A DNA stretch of 53,930 nucleotides from an uncultured Bifidobacteriaceae bacterium (GTDB taxonomy: Bacteria; Acidobacteriota; Vicinamibacteria; Vicinamibacterales; UBA2999). The stretch lies in NCBI GenBank assembly GCA_964574545.1, contig CAZNOC010000004.1, positions 1-53,930 on the forward strand, written 5' to 3'. Both the position numbers and the translations under genes were made by a program. The notes under the pieces are model-generated. The model was not told the origin of the DNA. It did no database searches and saw only the letters and a program-made list of their open reading frames with translations. Below are positions 1 through 6,777 of the stretch, in pieces; position 1 is the first letter of the stretch; the number at the start of each line of letters is the position of its first letter.

Positions 1-3000
1 GCTGGCAGGACCTGCGCGATCGTCTCGGCGAGATCGCCATCAGCACCATCGACGCCTTCTGCCTGTCCCTGCTCCGGGAGTTTCCGCTCGAAGCCGATGT
101 GGACCCCGGCTTCTCGATGGTGGACGAGACCGAGATGCCGGGGCTGGTGGACGAGGCGCTCGACCGTGCCCTCCGGATCGGCAGGGCGCGCAGCATCGAG
201 CAGGAGGACGTCGCCCTTGTCTTCACCCATCTCGGCGAGCACCGGCTTCGGCGTGGCCTTGCGCGGCTGCTGGATCGCCGCCTGGTGGCCGAGCGTGCCC
301 TCGATCGGTACCTGGCACGTGGCCCTCGCGCGCTGACGGCCGCGGACGTGGCGCGGCGCGCCGCGGTCCGTCTGCTGAGGGCGTTCGACGAGGCGCCGGG
401 CGGCCTCGACGGGTTCCTCGGGACTGGCCCACACGACGATCCTCGGTTCGCCCTGCTCGCACACGACCTCCGCCGGCTTCGCGCGTTTCAGGTGGAGCCG
501 GCCGATGCCGCGGACGATGGCCGGGTCCAGGCGCTCATGGCCAGGTGCCGGGAATACTTCTTCACGGCGAAGGGCGAACCGCGCAAGCGCCCGGCCCAGA
601 CGATCGCGCAGTTCGCGTCGCGGACGGCGTATCGTGCCCACGGCGCTCAGGTGGCGGGCCTGGCGCCCTCGGTCGCTCAGGCGATGGCGGCGCACCGCCG
701 GGATCTGAACGTCATCCTCTCGCGCGGCGTCCGCTGGCTGTTCGCACGCGCGCTCGAAGAGCACCGCCGCACCCTCGACGAGCACGCGGTGCTCGACTTC
801 TCGGACGTGCTCACGCGCGCGCTCACACTGCTGCGGCAGATGGACGAGTTCTCACGGAGCCGCTACCGGCTCGAGTCGCGCTACCAGCACGTCCTCGTGG
901 ACGAGTTCCAGGACACCAGCCGCGCGCAGTGGGAGCTGGTCGAACTGCTGATCCGCGCGTGGGGCGAGGGGCTTGGCTTGCCCGGCGAGGGCCGTCTGCC
1001 GCCGTCGGTGTTCATCGTGGGCGACCGCAAGCAGTCGATCTACGGCTTCCGGGACGCGGACGTGGCCGTCCTCGACGAAGCCGCCCGCTTCATCGGCGCG
1101 CTCAGACCCGAGGCCGACGTGCGCCGTGCCATCGCACGGAGCTTCCGGGCGCGGCCGCCCCTGCTCGCGTTCGTGAACGACCTCTTCGTGGCGGTTGACA
1201 AGACCCCGTCGCGCCCGGACGCGTTCCGCTACGACGAGCAGGACCAGTTTCCGCTGGCGTCAGGCGCCGGGGCCGGCGAAGAGGGGCTCGGCGTCGTGGC
1301 GGCCCATGACGTGGCCGCGTGTGCCCGCGCCGTGGCCGGGGAGATTGCGGCCCTCATGGACGGAGGCGCTCTCGTTCGCGACCGTGACAGCGGGCTCAGG
1401 CGACCTCTCCAGGCCGGCGACGTGGCGATTCTCTTCCGCTCCCGGGACACACACCGGGAGTTCGAGCGCGAGCTGGAACGTGCGAACCTCCCGTACTACG
1501 TCTACAAGGGGCTGGGGTTCTTCGACGCTGATGAGATCAAGGACGTCCTGGCGCTCGTGCAGTACCTGGCCGACCCCCACTCCGATCTGCGCGCCGCCGC
1601 GCTGCTGCGCTCGCGCGTCATCAGGCTGTCCGATCCCGGCGTGAAGTTGCTGGCCCCGCGGTTGGCCGCGGCGTTGTCCGACGAGGCGCCACCCGCCGCG
1701 ATGGCCCGGCTGTCCGAGGAGGATCGCGCCGTGCTGGCGCTCGCGCGCCGCTCGGCGCGTGGCTGGCGCGAAATGACCGACCGGGTGCCGCCCGCCGAAC
1801 TGCTCGACCGGGTGCTCACAGAATCGGCGTACGCCGTGGAAGTCTCAGGGCGCGGGCTCACGCAGGCGCGCGAGAACCTGAAGAAGCTGCGCGCGCTTGT
1901 CCGTCGCGTTCAGAACCGCGGGTACGCCACGCTGGCGCGGGTGGCCGACCACTGCCGGCAGCTCGCGGGCGGGGACGAATCGAACGCGGTCATCGACGCC
2001 GTGGACGCCGTCAACCTCATGACCGTGCACGCGGCCAAAGGGCTCGAGTTCCCCGTGGTCTTCATCGTCAACCTCGCGCGCGGCGCCGGCGGGGGAGACG
2101 ACGCGATCCGCGTGTCGGGCACGGAGGCGGAGACGGCGGAGGAGCGCGAAACGGGCGTGCCGTCGGACACGGTGGCGGTCGGGGACTTCGAGTCGGATGT
2201 GGATCGCGATGCGGCCGCACGCGAACGCGAGGAGACCAAACGCCTGCTGTACGTGGCGGTGACCCGCGCGCGCGATCGGCTGTACCTCGCGACGACCCTG
2301 ACCAGGGATGGCCAGGTGCGGCCTGGCAAGGGCAGCCTGGCCGACGTGTTGCCCTCGTCGTTACACGCGGTGTTCGTGGCCGCGGGCACTGCCGCCGCTG
2401 GGGACCTCGTGACGTGGACGGGCCAGTCACATGTCCATCGGTTCCGCGCGTGTCAGCCCACTGCGGTGGTGCGGCCGCTTCCGGCCGAAGCGTGGCCCGA
2501 GGCGCGTGTGGACGACTTCGATCCGGTTCAGCCTGACGCCCCAGGCCCGCGGCGCACCGTGACCGGCGCCGATTCGTGGCATGTGGACGCGCCAGCCGCG
2601 CGTCCGACAGGGGCCGATCGCCTCGCGCTGGGCGGCGCGATCGTCCATCGCGCCATCCAGTCGCTGGTCCCGTTCACGTTGGCGGAGGCGCCCCTGGAAC
2701 TGCGCGCGGCGCTCGCGGCGCTGGTGCGGGAGAGCGAGCGCCGCGAGGGGGATCACCTGGGCAGGGCGATCGACGAGGCGGCCGAGGCGTTCGCGTCGCT
2801 GGCAGGCCAGGACGACCTGCGACGCCTGCTCGCGTCGGGGCGCACGCTCCACGAATTGCCGTTCGTCATGGCGATCGACGGCGGCGGGCTGCTGCGCGGG
2901 GTGATCGATTGCCTGGTGGTGTCGCCAGAGGGGACCGTGACGGTCCTCGAGTTCAAGACCGGGGGGCCCCAGGACGTCCACCGGCGACAGCTGGAGGCCT

Positions 3001-3077
3001 ATGTCGAGGCCGCGAAAGCCCTGTTTCCGGGCTTTTCCGTGGAGGGGCGCCTGGTGTACTCGCGGCGGCACCCATGA
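1..3077 (+). CDS. addA: AddA/RecB-type ATP-dependent helicase-nuclease (UvrD-like helicase plus C-terminal PD-(D/E)XK nuclease); 5' end lies outside the window
   Basis: The frame stays open back to base 3 (WQDLRDRLGEIAISTIDAFC..), so the ATG at 99 is internal. UvrD/Rep motifs: VLVDEFQDTS, FIVGDRKQSIYGFRDA, TVHAAKGLEFPVVF, YVAVTRARDRLY. C-terminal nuclease motif: IDCLVV..VLEFKTG..QLEAY. Confidence 0.85.
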   Translation, partial: WQDLRDRLGEIAISTIDAFCLSLLREFPLEADVDPGFSMVDETEMPGLVDEALDRALRIGRARSIEQEDVALVFTHLGEHRLRRGLARLLDRRLVAERALDRYLARGPRALTAADVARRAAVRLLRAFDEAPGGLDGFLGTGPHDDPRFALLAHDLRRLRAFQVEPADAADDGRVQALMARCREYFFTAKGEPRKRPAQTIAQFASRTAYRAHGAQVAGLAPSVAQAMAAHRRDLNVILSRGVRWLFARALEEHRRTLDEHAVLDFSDVLTRALTLLRQMDEFSRSRYRLESRYQHVLVDEFQDTSRAQWELVELLIRAWGEGLGLPGEGRLPPSVFIVGDRKQSIYGFRDADVAVLDEAARFIGALRPEADVRRAIARSFRARPPLLAFVNDLFVAVDKTPSRPDAFRYDEQDQFPLASGAGAGEEGLGVVAAHDVAACARAVAGEIAALMDGGALVRDRDSGLRRPLQAGDVAILFRSRDTHREFERELERANLPYYVYKGLGFFDADEIKDVLALVQYLADPHSDLRAAALLRSRVIRLSDPGVKLLAPRLAAALSDEAPPAAMARLSEEDRAVLALARRSARGWREMTDRVPPAELLDRVLTESAYAVEVSGRGLTQARENLKKLRALVRRVQNRGYATLARVADHCRQLAGGDESNAVIDAVDAVNLMTVHAAKGLEFPVVFIVNLARGAGGGDDAIRVSGTEAETAEERETGVPSDTVAVGDFESDVDRDAAAREREETKRLLYVAVTRARDRLYLATTLTRDGQVRPGKGSLADVLPSSLHAVFVAAGTAAAGDLVTWTGQSHVHRFRACQPTAVVRPLPAEAWPEARVDDFDPVQPDAPGPRRTVTGADSWHVDAPAARPTGADRLALGGAIVHRAIQSLVPFTLAEAPLELRAALAALVRESERREGDHLGRAIDEAAEAFASLAGQDDLRRLLASGRTLHELPFVMAIDGGGLLRGVIDCLVVSPEGTVTVLEFKTGGPQDVHRRQLEAYVEAAKALFPGFSVEGRLVYSRRHP

Positions 3078-3110
3078 CGCGTCGTCACGCCCGAGCGCCG
3101 CTTTCGTTCT

Positions 3111-3140
3111 TGTATCCGCCTCAGGCTTTTCAATACACTA
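3111..3140 (+). promoter_or_regulatory. Weak sigma70-like promoter candidate for the 3207 zinc-ribbon gene
   Basis: TTGTAT (3111-3116), 18-nt spacer, TACACT (3135-3140), in a locally A+T-richer patch of the 3078-3206 spacer. Confidence 0.25.
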
Positions 3141-3206
3141 GCGAGACGTGTTCGAAGTCCGGCCCGTCGGCAATGGGCGCGGCCGGGCCGCTGTGAGGAG
3201 AGAAGT

Positions 3207-3428
3207 GTGGCGTTGACCTGTCCGAGTTGTGGGAACGAACGTAATTTTCTGGTCAAGACGCTGCAGATGCACGTGTTGCACATCGAGGGCGCGCGTGTCG
3301 AGGTGACCGACGAGACTCAGCCCGCCGCGTTCGAGCTCCTGTGCGACGAGTGCGATACCACCATGTCGCTCGACAGCCTCGAGGACGCGTTCCGGAAGGA
3401 AGTGCTCCTGACGATTGGCGCCCGCTGA
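3207..3428 (+). CDS. Small zinc-ribbon protein (73 aa), function unknown
   Basis: GTG start preceded by GAGGAGA. Cys pairs CPSC near the N-terminus and CDEC in the middle. G/C-biased third codon positions. Confidence 0.6.
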   Translation: MALTCPSCGNERNFLVKTLQMHVLHIEGARVEVTDETQPAAFELLCDECDTTMSLDSLEDAFRKEVLLTIGAR

Positions 3429-3455
3429 CACCCGCCCACCGGGGGGCGCTCGCCG

Positions 3456-3629
3456 CTACGCATCGTCTCGCGCTCCCTGGCTGTCGTCTTCCTCGAAGTA
3501 GTCACACTCCGTACAGACCCATTCCCGCTGCTCGCTCCGGATCTGCTGGGAGCTGCCTGGCACCTGCTGTACGCTCTCGCGGGTGACCAGCCGCATGAAC
3601 TCACCGCACATCGGACACTCTCGTCGCAT
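3456..3629 (-). CDS. Small zinc-ribbon protein (57 aa), below the ORF-track length cutoff
   Basis: Hand translation: MRRECPMCGEFMRLVTRESVQQVPGSSQQIRSEQREWVCTECDYFEEDDSQGARDDA*. Cys pairs CPMC and CTEC. AGGGAG lies 6 nt upstream of the ATG. Third positions are mostly G/C. Convergent with 3207..3428. Confidence 0.5.
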   Translation of the reverse strand: MRRECPMCGEFMRLVTRESVQQVPGSSQQIRSEQREWVCTECDYFEEDDSQGARDDA

Positions 3630-3669
3630 CGCCCGCTCCCTGCGCGCATGCTACGCGCCTCGACTCTCC

Positions 3670-3698
3670 TTGACAAGGGTAGGGTGCCCTCCTATCGT
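3670..3698 (+). promoter_or_regulatory. Near-consensus sigma70-type promoter upstream of the DnaJ-like gene
   Basis: TTGACA (3670-3675), exactly 17-nt spacer, TATCGT (3693-3698). It lies inside the ORF-track extension starting at 3648, which argues that extension is not translated. Confidence 0.55.
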
Positions 3699-3746
3699 AC
3701 GTGCGGAGCGCACGGATGTTCGTGCGAACGCGGTGCGGTGAATGTC

Positions 3747-4208
3747 ATGAAGCCTCAGGCTCTTCGTCAGTGGCGGGTCAACGACCACGGCCCCGCGATC
3801 GTGCGGCCGTCGGCGCAGGCCGTCACGCCGTCCTGCCTGGCAGACGAGGTGGCGATCGACTTTCCCTCCGTGGGTGAAGCCGTGGTCCGGATGCGCGTGG
3901 CGTTCGGAGACGACGAACCGGAGAGGCCGCTGCGTACGGAGATCCTGCTCTCGGAGCGGCAGGCGGGCAGGGGAGCGGCCGTGCCGCTCGAGGTGCCCGT
4001 TCGTTGCACCTGCGGCGAGTGCGGCGGCCGAGGCGAGACCTGGGGCGACGCCTGTCCGCGCTGCCTCGGATCCGGGTACGCGCTCGTGCGGCACCAGCTG
4101 ACCGTGTCCGTGCCCGCCGGCGTGCTCCACGGAGACCGGTTCAGCTTCAGCCTTGCGCATCCCCGAGGGCCACGCACGCGCATCGAGCTGCGCGTGGCCG
4201 TGACGTGA
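3747..4208 (+). CDS. DnaJ-like cysteine-rich zinc-finger protein lacking a J domain
   Basis: Two CxxCxGxG motifs (CGECGGRG, CPRCLGSG), followed by a beta-rich segment resembling the DnaJ C-terminal domain (LTVSVPAGVLHGDRFSF). Start is ATG 3747, or GTG 3738; both are downstream of the promoter at 3670. Confidence 0.7.
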   Translation: MKPQALRQWRVNDHGPAIVRPSAQAVTPSCLADEVAIDFPSVGEAVVRMRVAFGDDEPERPLRTEILLSERQAGRGAAVPLEVPVRCTCGECGGRGETWGDACPRCLGSGYALVRHQLTVSVPAGVLHGDRFSFSLAHPRGPRTRIELRVAVT

Positions 4209-4600
4209 AGCGGCACGTCGACTTCCTCGCCCTCCTCTACATCATCTGGGGCGCGCTCTTCCTGCTGGTTGGCGTGGCCGGACTCGCCCTGTCCGGCGGT
4301 GCGGCCGCGCTCGTCTCGTCGGCGGGCCTCGTCCGCCAGGGCGCCAGCCTCGCGGCCAGCGTGACGGCCATCACGCTGGCGGCGGTTGCCGTCCTGGCGC
4401 TGGTCTGGGCAGCGCTCCACCTCTGGGTCGGGAGCCAGTTGCGGCGCTATCTGCCGTGGGCGCGGCTGCTGGCGCTCGGCCTGGCCGTGATCAACCTGGT
4501 GCTCCTGCCCTTCGGAACGGCGCTCGGAATCTACGCGTGCTGGGCGTTGCTGACGGACGAGGGTCGCCGGCTGTTCGAGCCGTCCTCCTCGGACGGCTGA
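4205..4600 (+). CDS. Integral membrane protein (about 4 TM segments), unknown family
   Basis: GTG 4205 overlaps the upstream TGA (GTGA). Hydrophobic stretches: FLALLYIIWGALFLLVGVAGLAL, AITLAAVAVLALVWAAL, LLALGLAVINLVLLPFGTALGIYACWALL. Confidence 0.7.
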   Translation: MKRHVDFLALLYIIWGALFLLVGVAGLALSGGAAALVSSAGLVRQGASLAASVTAITLAAVAVLALVWAALHLWVGSQLRRYLPWARLLALGLAVINLVLLPFGTALGIYACWALLTDEGRRLFEPSSSDG

Positions 4601-4920
4601 CGGACGAGAGGGACCGGGGGCGGGTCGATCGTGCCCGCGGGCGTCCAGGGACCACAGCGGAAGACCCGCCGCATCGCAAGCCAGCCTCCCTGGACCAGCC
4701 CGTGATGACGCAGGCAGGCCGCCGCGTAGTGGCTGCACGTCGGTGCGAACCGGCACGTCATTCCCATCGCAGCATAGGCGCGTGACAGCGTGGCCTGGTA
4801 CACGTGGACGCCAGCCAGCGCCATCGTCGTGGTGACCTGGCGGTCCGGCGGCCGCGACACGTCAAGACCCACCAGCGCGGTGAACAGGATGGCCAGGGCG
4901 ATCAGTCGTCGGCGCATCAT
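4531..4920 (-). CDS. yidD: Membrane protein insertion efficiency factor YidD, with N-terminal hydrophobic extension and long C-terminal tail
   Basis: YidD signature CRFAPTCSHYAAACLRHHG..RRVFRCGPW. Start placed at the MMRRRL ATG (4920) because an 11-bp hairpin occupies the upstream part of the track ORF, which itself begins with TTG. Confidence 0.8.
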   Translation of the reverse strand: MMRRRLIALAILFTALVGLDVSRPPDRQVTTTMALAGVHVYQATLSRAYAAMGMTCRFAPTCSHYAAACLRHHGLVQGGWLAMRRVFRCGPWTPAGTIDPPPVPLVRQPSEEDGSNSRRPSSVSNAQHA

Positions 4921-4942
4921 TGTGGGCCGGGAAGTGGAGGGG

Positions 4943-4983
4943 CCCGGTACGGGGCGGGGGCCACGGCCCTCTCCCGTACCGGG
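4943..4983 (-). terminator. GC-rich hairpin downstream of the 5032..5385 gene (no U-tract)
   Basis: CCCGGTACGGG (4943-4953) pairs perfectly with CCCGTACCGGG (4973-4983), giving an 11-bp stem. Confidence 0.4.
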
Positions 4984-5031
4984 AACTGATGGCGGATCAC
5001 CACGCCGCAATGCCGCGACAGCGGACCGGTA

Positions 5032-5385
5032 TCAGAGGCGGTCGGCGTACTGGCTGACGCCCGGAACGATGAGCCGCTGCCCCCCCACGCCCTTGACGAT
5101 GCAGAGGATGTGCAGGACGAGCACGCCAATGTAGACCGGCATGAAGAGCACGCCCATCAGGCAGCCGAGCAGCGCCCCGAGCATGTACTGCACGACCCCG
5201 ATGCTGACGTACAGGATCAGCTCGGCAATCATCAGCACGATGCCGTGTTTGGCGTGCCACTGCACTTCCTTGTCGTCCTTCTCCACGAGCAGCGGGACGA
5301 GCGCCAGCAGCCAGAGGTAGGACAGCACGATCATGATGGTGCGGTTGCCGGCCGGGGCACCGCTCGCGGGCGTCGTGTCGTTCAT
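5032..5385 (-). CDS. Small membrane protein, DUF4870-like (117 aa)
   Basis: The ATG at 5385 is preceded by AAGGAGA. Motif LSYLWLLALVPLLVEKDDKEVQWHAKHGIVL, followed by two more TM segments. The family assignment is from memory. Confidence 0.75.
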   Translation of the reverse strand: MNDTTPASGAPAGNRTIMIVLSYLWLLALVPLLVEKDDKEVQWHAKHGIVLMIAELILYVSIGVVQYMLGALLGCLMGVLFMPVYIGVLVLHILCIVKGVGGQRLIVPGVSQYADRL

Positions 5386-5515
5386 CTGCTCGTCTCCTTG
5401 GGGCGGTGGGGAGCGGTCGATGTGGGAACGGAACGAAGGATACACCATGTCCAGGCACCCGGCACCCCCATGCCCGCTGGTTGTCGGTGGTGGGGGAAGC
5501 CGGTAAGCTGAGGAC

Positions 5516-6619
5516 ATGTCCACCGATGTGCTCCAGCCCCAGCGCGTGCTCGACGCCCTTACGGTCGTGATCGACCCCGACCTCGGCAAAGACATCGTCG
5601 CGCTGGGCTTCGTCAAGCAACTGACGATTGACGGGGGGCGTGTGGCCTTCAGTATCGAGTTGACGACCCCGGCGTGCCCCGTCAAGGAGCGGCTGCGCGA
5701 CGAGGCGCACGCGGCCGTGTCGGCCATCCCCGGGGTGACAGGCGTGGTTGTGACGATGACCGCCGTCGTGCGGTCGGTCACCGCACCGGAACACGGACGC
5801 CCGCCCCTGCCAGGCGTCAAGAACGTGATCGCCGTGGGTGCGGGCAAGGGCGGCGTGGGGAAGACCACCGTCTCGGTGAACCTCGCCGTCGCCCTCTCGC
5901 AACGGGGCAGCCGCGTCGGGATCCTGGACGGTGATATCTACGGCCCGAACGTGCCGATCATGTTCGGCATCCAGGCCCAGCTTGGCACGGATGGCGACAA
6001 GATCGTGCCTGCCGAGAAGTTCGGCATTCAGATCGTGTCGATGGGGTTTCTGACGTCCGACGAGACGCCCGTCGTGTGGCGCGGGCCGATGCTGCACAGC
6101 GCCATCCAGCAGTTCTTCCGCGAGGTGGCGTGGAAGGATCTCGATTACCTGATCGTGGACATGCCGCCGGGGACGGGCGACGTGGCGCTCAGCCTCAGTC
6201 AGACCGTACCCGTCGCGGGCGCCATCGTGGTCACGACCCCGCAGCAGGTGTCCCTCGCCGACAGCCGTCGCGCGGTGCGGATGTACCAGAAGCTGAACAT
6301 CCCGACGCTGGGGCTCGTGGAGAACATGAGCTTCTTCGAGTGCCCGAGCTGCCACCACGAAAGCGACATCTTCGGCCACGGTGGCGGTGAGCGAATGGCC
6401 GGCGAACTGGAGATCCCGTTCCTCGGGCGGCTCCCGATCTACCAGCCGATTCGGGTCGGCGGCGATCAGGGCATCCCACTCGTGATCGCCGAACCACAGT
6501 CGGTGGCGTCAAAGGCGTTCGTGGACGTGGCGGAACGCACCGCGGCGCGGGTCTCGATCGCCGCTCACAAGGCCGCGGCGGCCTTCAAGGGAAAGATCCC
6601 GCTGATACCGGTCCGATAG
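5516..6619 (+). CDS. apbC: Fe-S cluster carrier ATPase Mrp/ApbC/NBP35 with N-terminal DUF59 (MIP18) domain
   Basis: Deviant Walker A GKGGVGKTT, CPSCHH cysteine pair, and an N-terminal VIDPDLGKDIVALGFV DUF59-like segment. TGAGGA lies upstream of the ATG. Confidence 0.95.
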   Translation: MSTDVLQPQRVLDALTVVIDPDLGKDIVALGFVKQLTIDGGRVAFSIELTTPACPVKERLRDEAHAAVSAIPGVTGVVVTMTAVVRSVTAPEHGRPPLPGVKNVIAVGAGKGGVGKTTVSVNLAVALSQRGSRVGILDGDIYGPNVPIMFGIQAQLGTDGDKIVPAEKFGIQIVSMGFLTSDETPVVWRGPMLHSAIQQFFREVAWKDLDYLIVDMPPGTGDVALSLSQTVPVAGAIVVTTPQQVSLADSRRAVRMYQKLNIPTLGLVENMSFFECPSCHHESDIFGHGGGERMAGELEIPFLGRLPIYQPIRVGGDQGIPLVIAEPQSVASKAFVDVAERTAARVSIAAHKAAAAFKGKIPLIPVR

Positions 6620-6649
6620 CCGCGCGCTGCATCGGCGCGCGGCTATCGG
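6613..6649. terminator. 15-bp perfect hairpin overlapping the apbC stop codon; candidate bidirectional terminator
   Basis: CCGATAGCCGCGCGC (6613-6627), loop TGCATCG, GCGCGCGGCTATCGG (6635-6649). The left arm contains the TAG at 6617-6619. Confidence 0.55.
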
Positions 6650-6775
6650 CTGTCAGCTGTCAGCTCTCGGCTTCCGGCTTCGGCTTTCGGCCTCGTTCCG
6701 CGTCGAGAGCCGAGAGCTGAAAGCCGATAGCCGAAAGCCGAGGGCCAATCGCCGAGAGCCGATCGCCGAAGGCGA
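6643..6775. repeat. Inverted arrays of heptad repeats (CTnTCGG about 7 copies, then CCGAnAG about 9 copies)
   Basis: Left arm: ctatcgg ctgtcag ctgtcag ctctcgg cttccgg cttcgg ctttcgg. Right arm: ccgagag ctgaaag ccgatag ccgaaag ccgaggg ccaatcg ccgagag ccgatcg ccgaagg. The arrays fill the spacer between the convergent apbC and TonB-receptor genes. Confidence 0.8.
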
Positions 6776-6777
6776 CC

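Noticed and set aside
3716-3895. An alternative-frame ORF starting at ATG 3716 with GGAG 7 nt upstream.
   Set aside because: Its translation is Arg/Gly-rich nonsense (MFVRTRCGECHEASGSSSVAGQRPRPRDRAA..). The overlapping frame carries the DnaJ-type CxxCxGxG motifs.
4997-6379. A 460-aa minus-strand ORF, together with many similar long ORFs: 7096..8229, 9335..10648, 15623..17245, 22029..23300, 24307..25512, 24428..26368, 28117..29871, 28338..29672, 31355..32656, 33131..34990, 36378..38954, 39075..40262, 39997..41334, 43272..44723, 47898..51113, 50293..51522, 51573..53804.
   Set aside because: They are shadow ORFs, typical of very G+C-rich DNA. They are Arg/Gly/Pro/His-rich with no recognisable motifs. 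Each lies antisense or out of frame to an ORF with clear family signatures.
6643-6775. Interpreting the heptad arrays (this one and those at 38271, 40174, 45972, 50309 and 53871) as CRISPR arrays.
   Set aside because: The units are 7 nt with no unique spacers, and no cas genes are present. The arrays are far too short-period for CRISPR.
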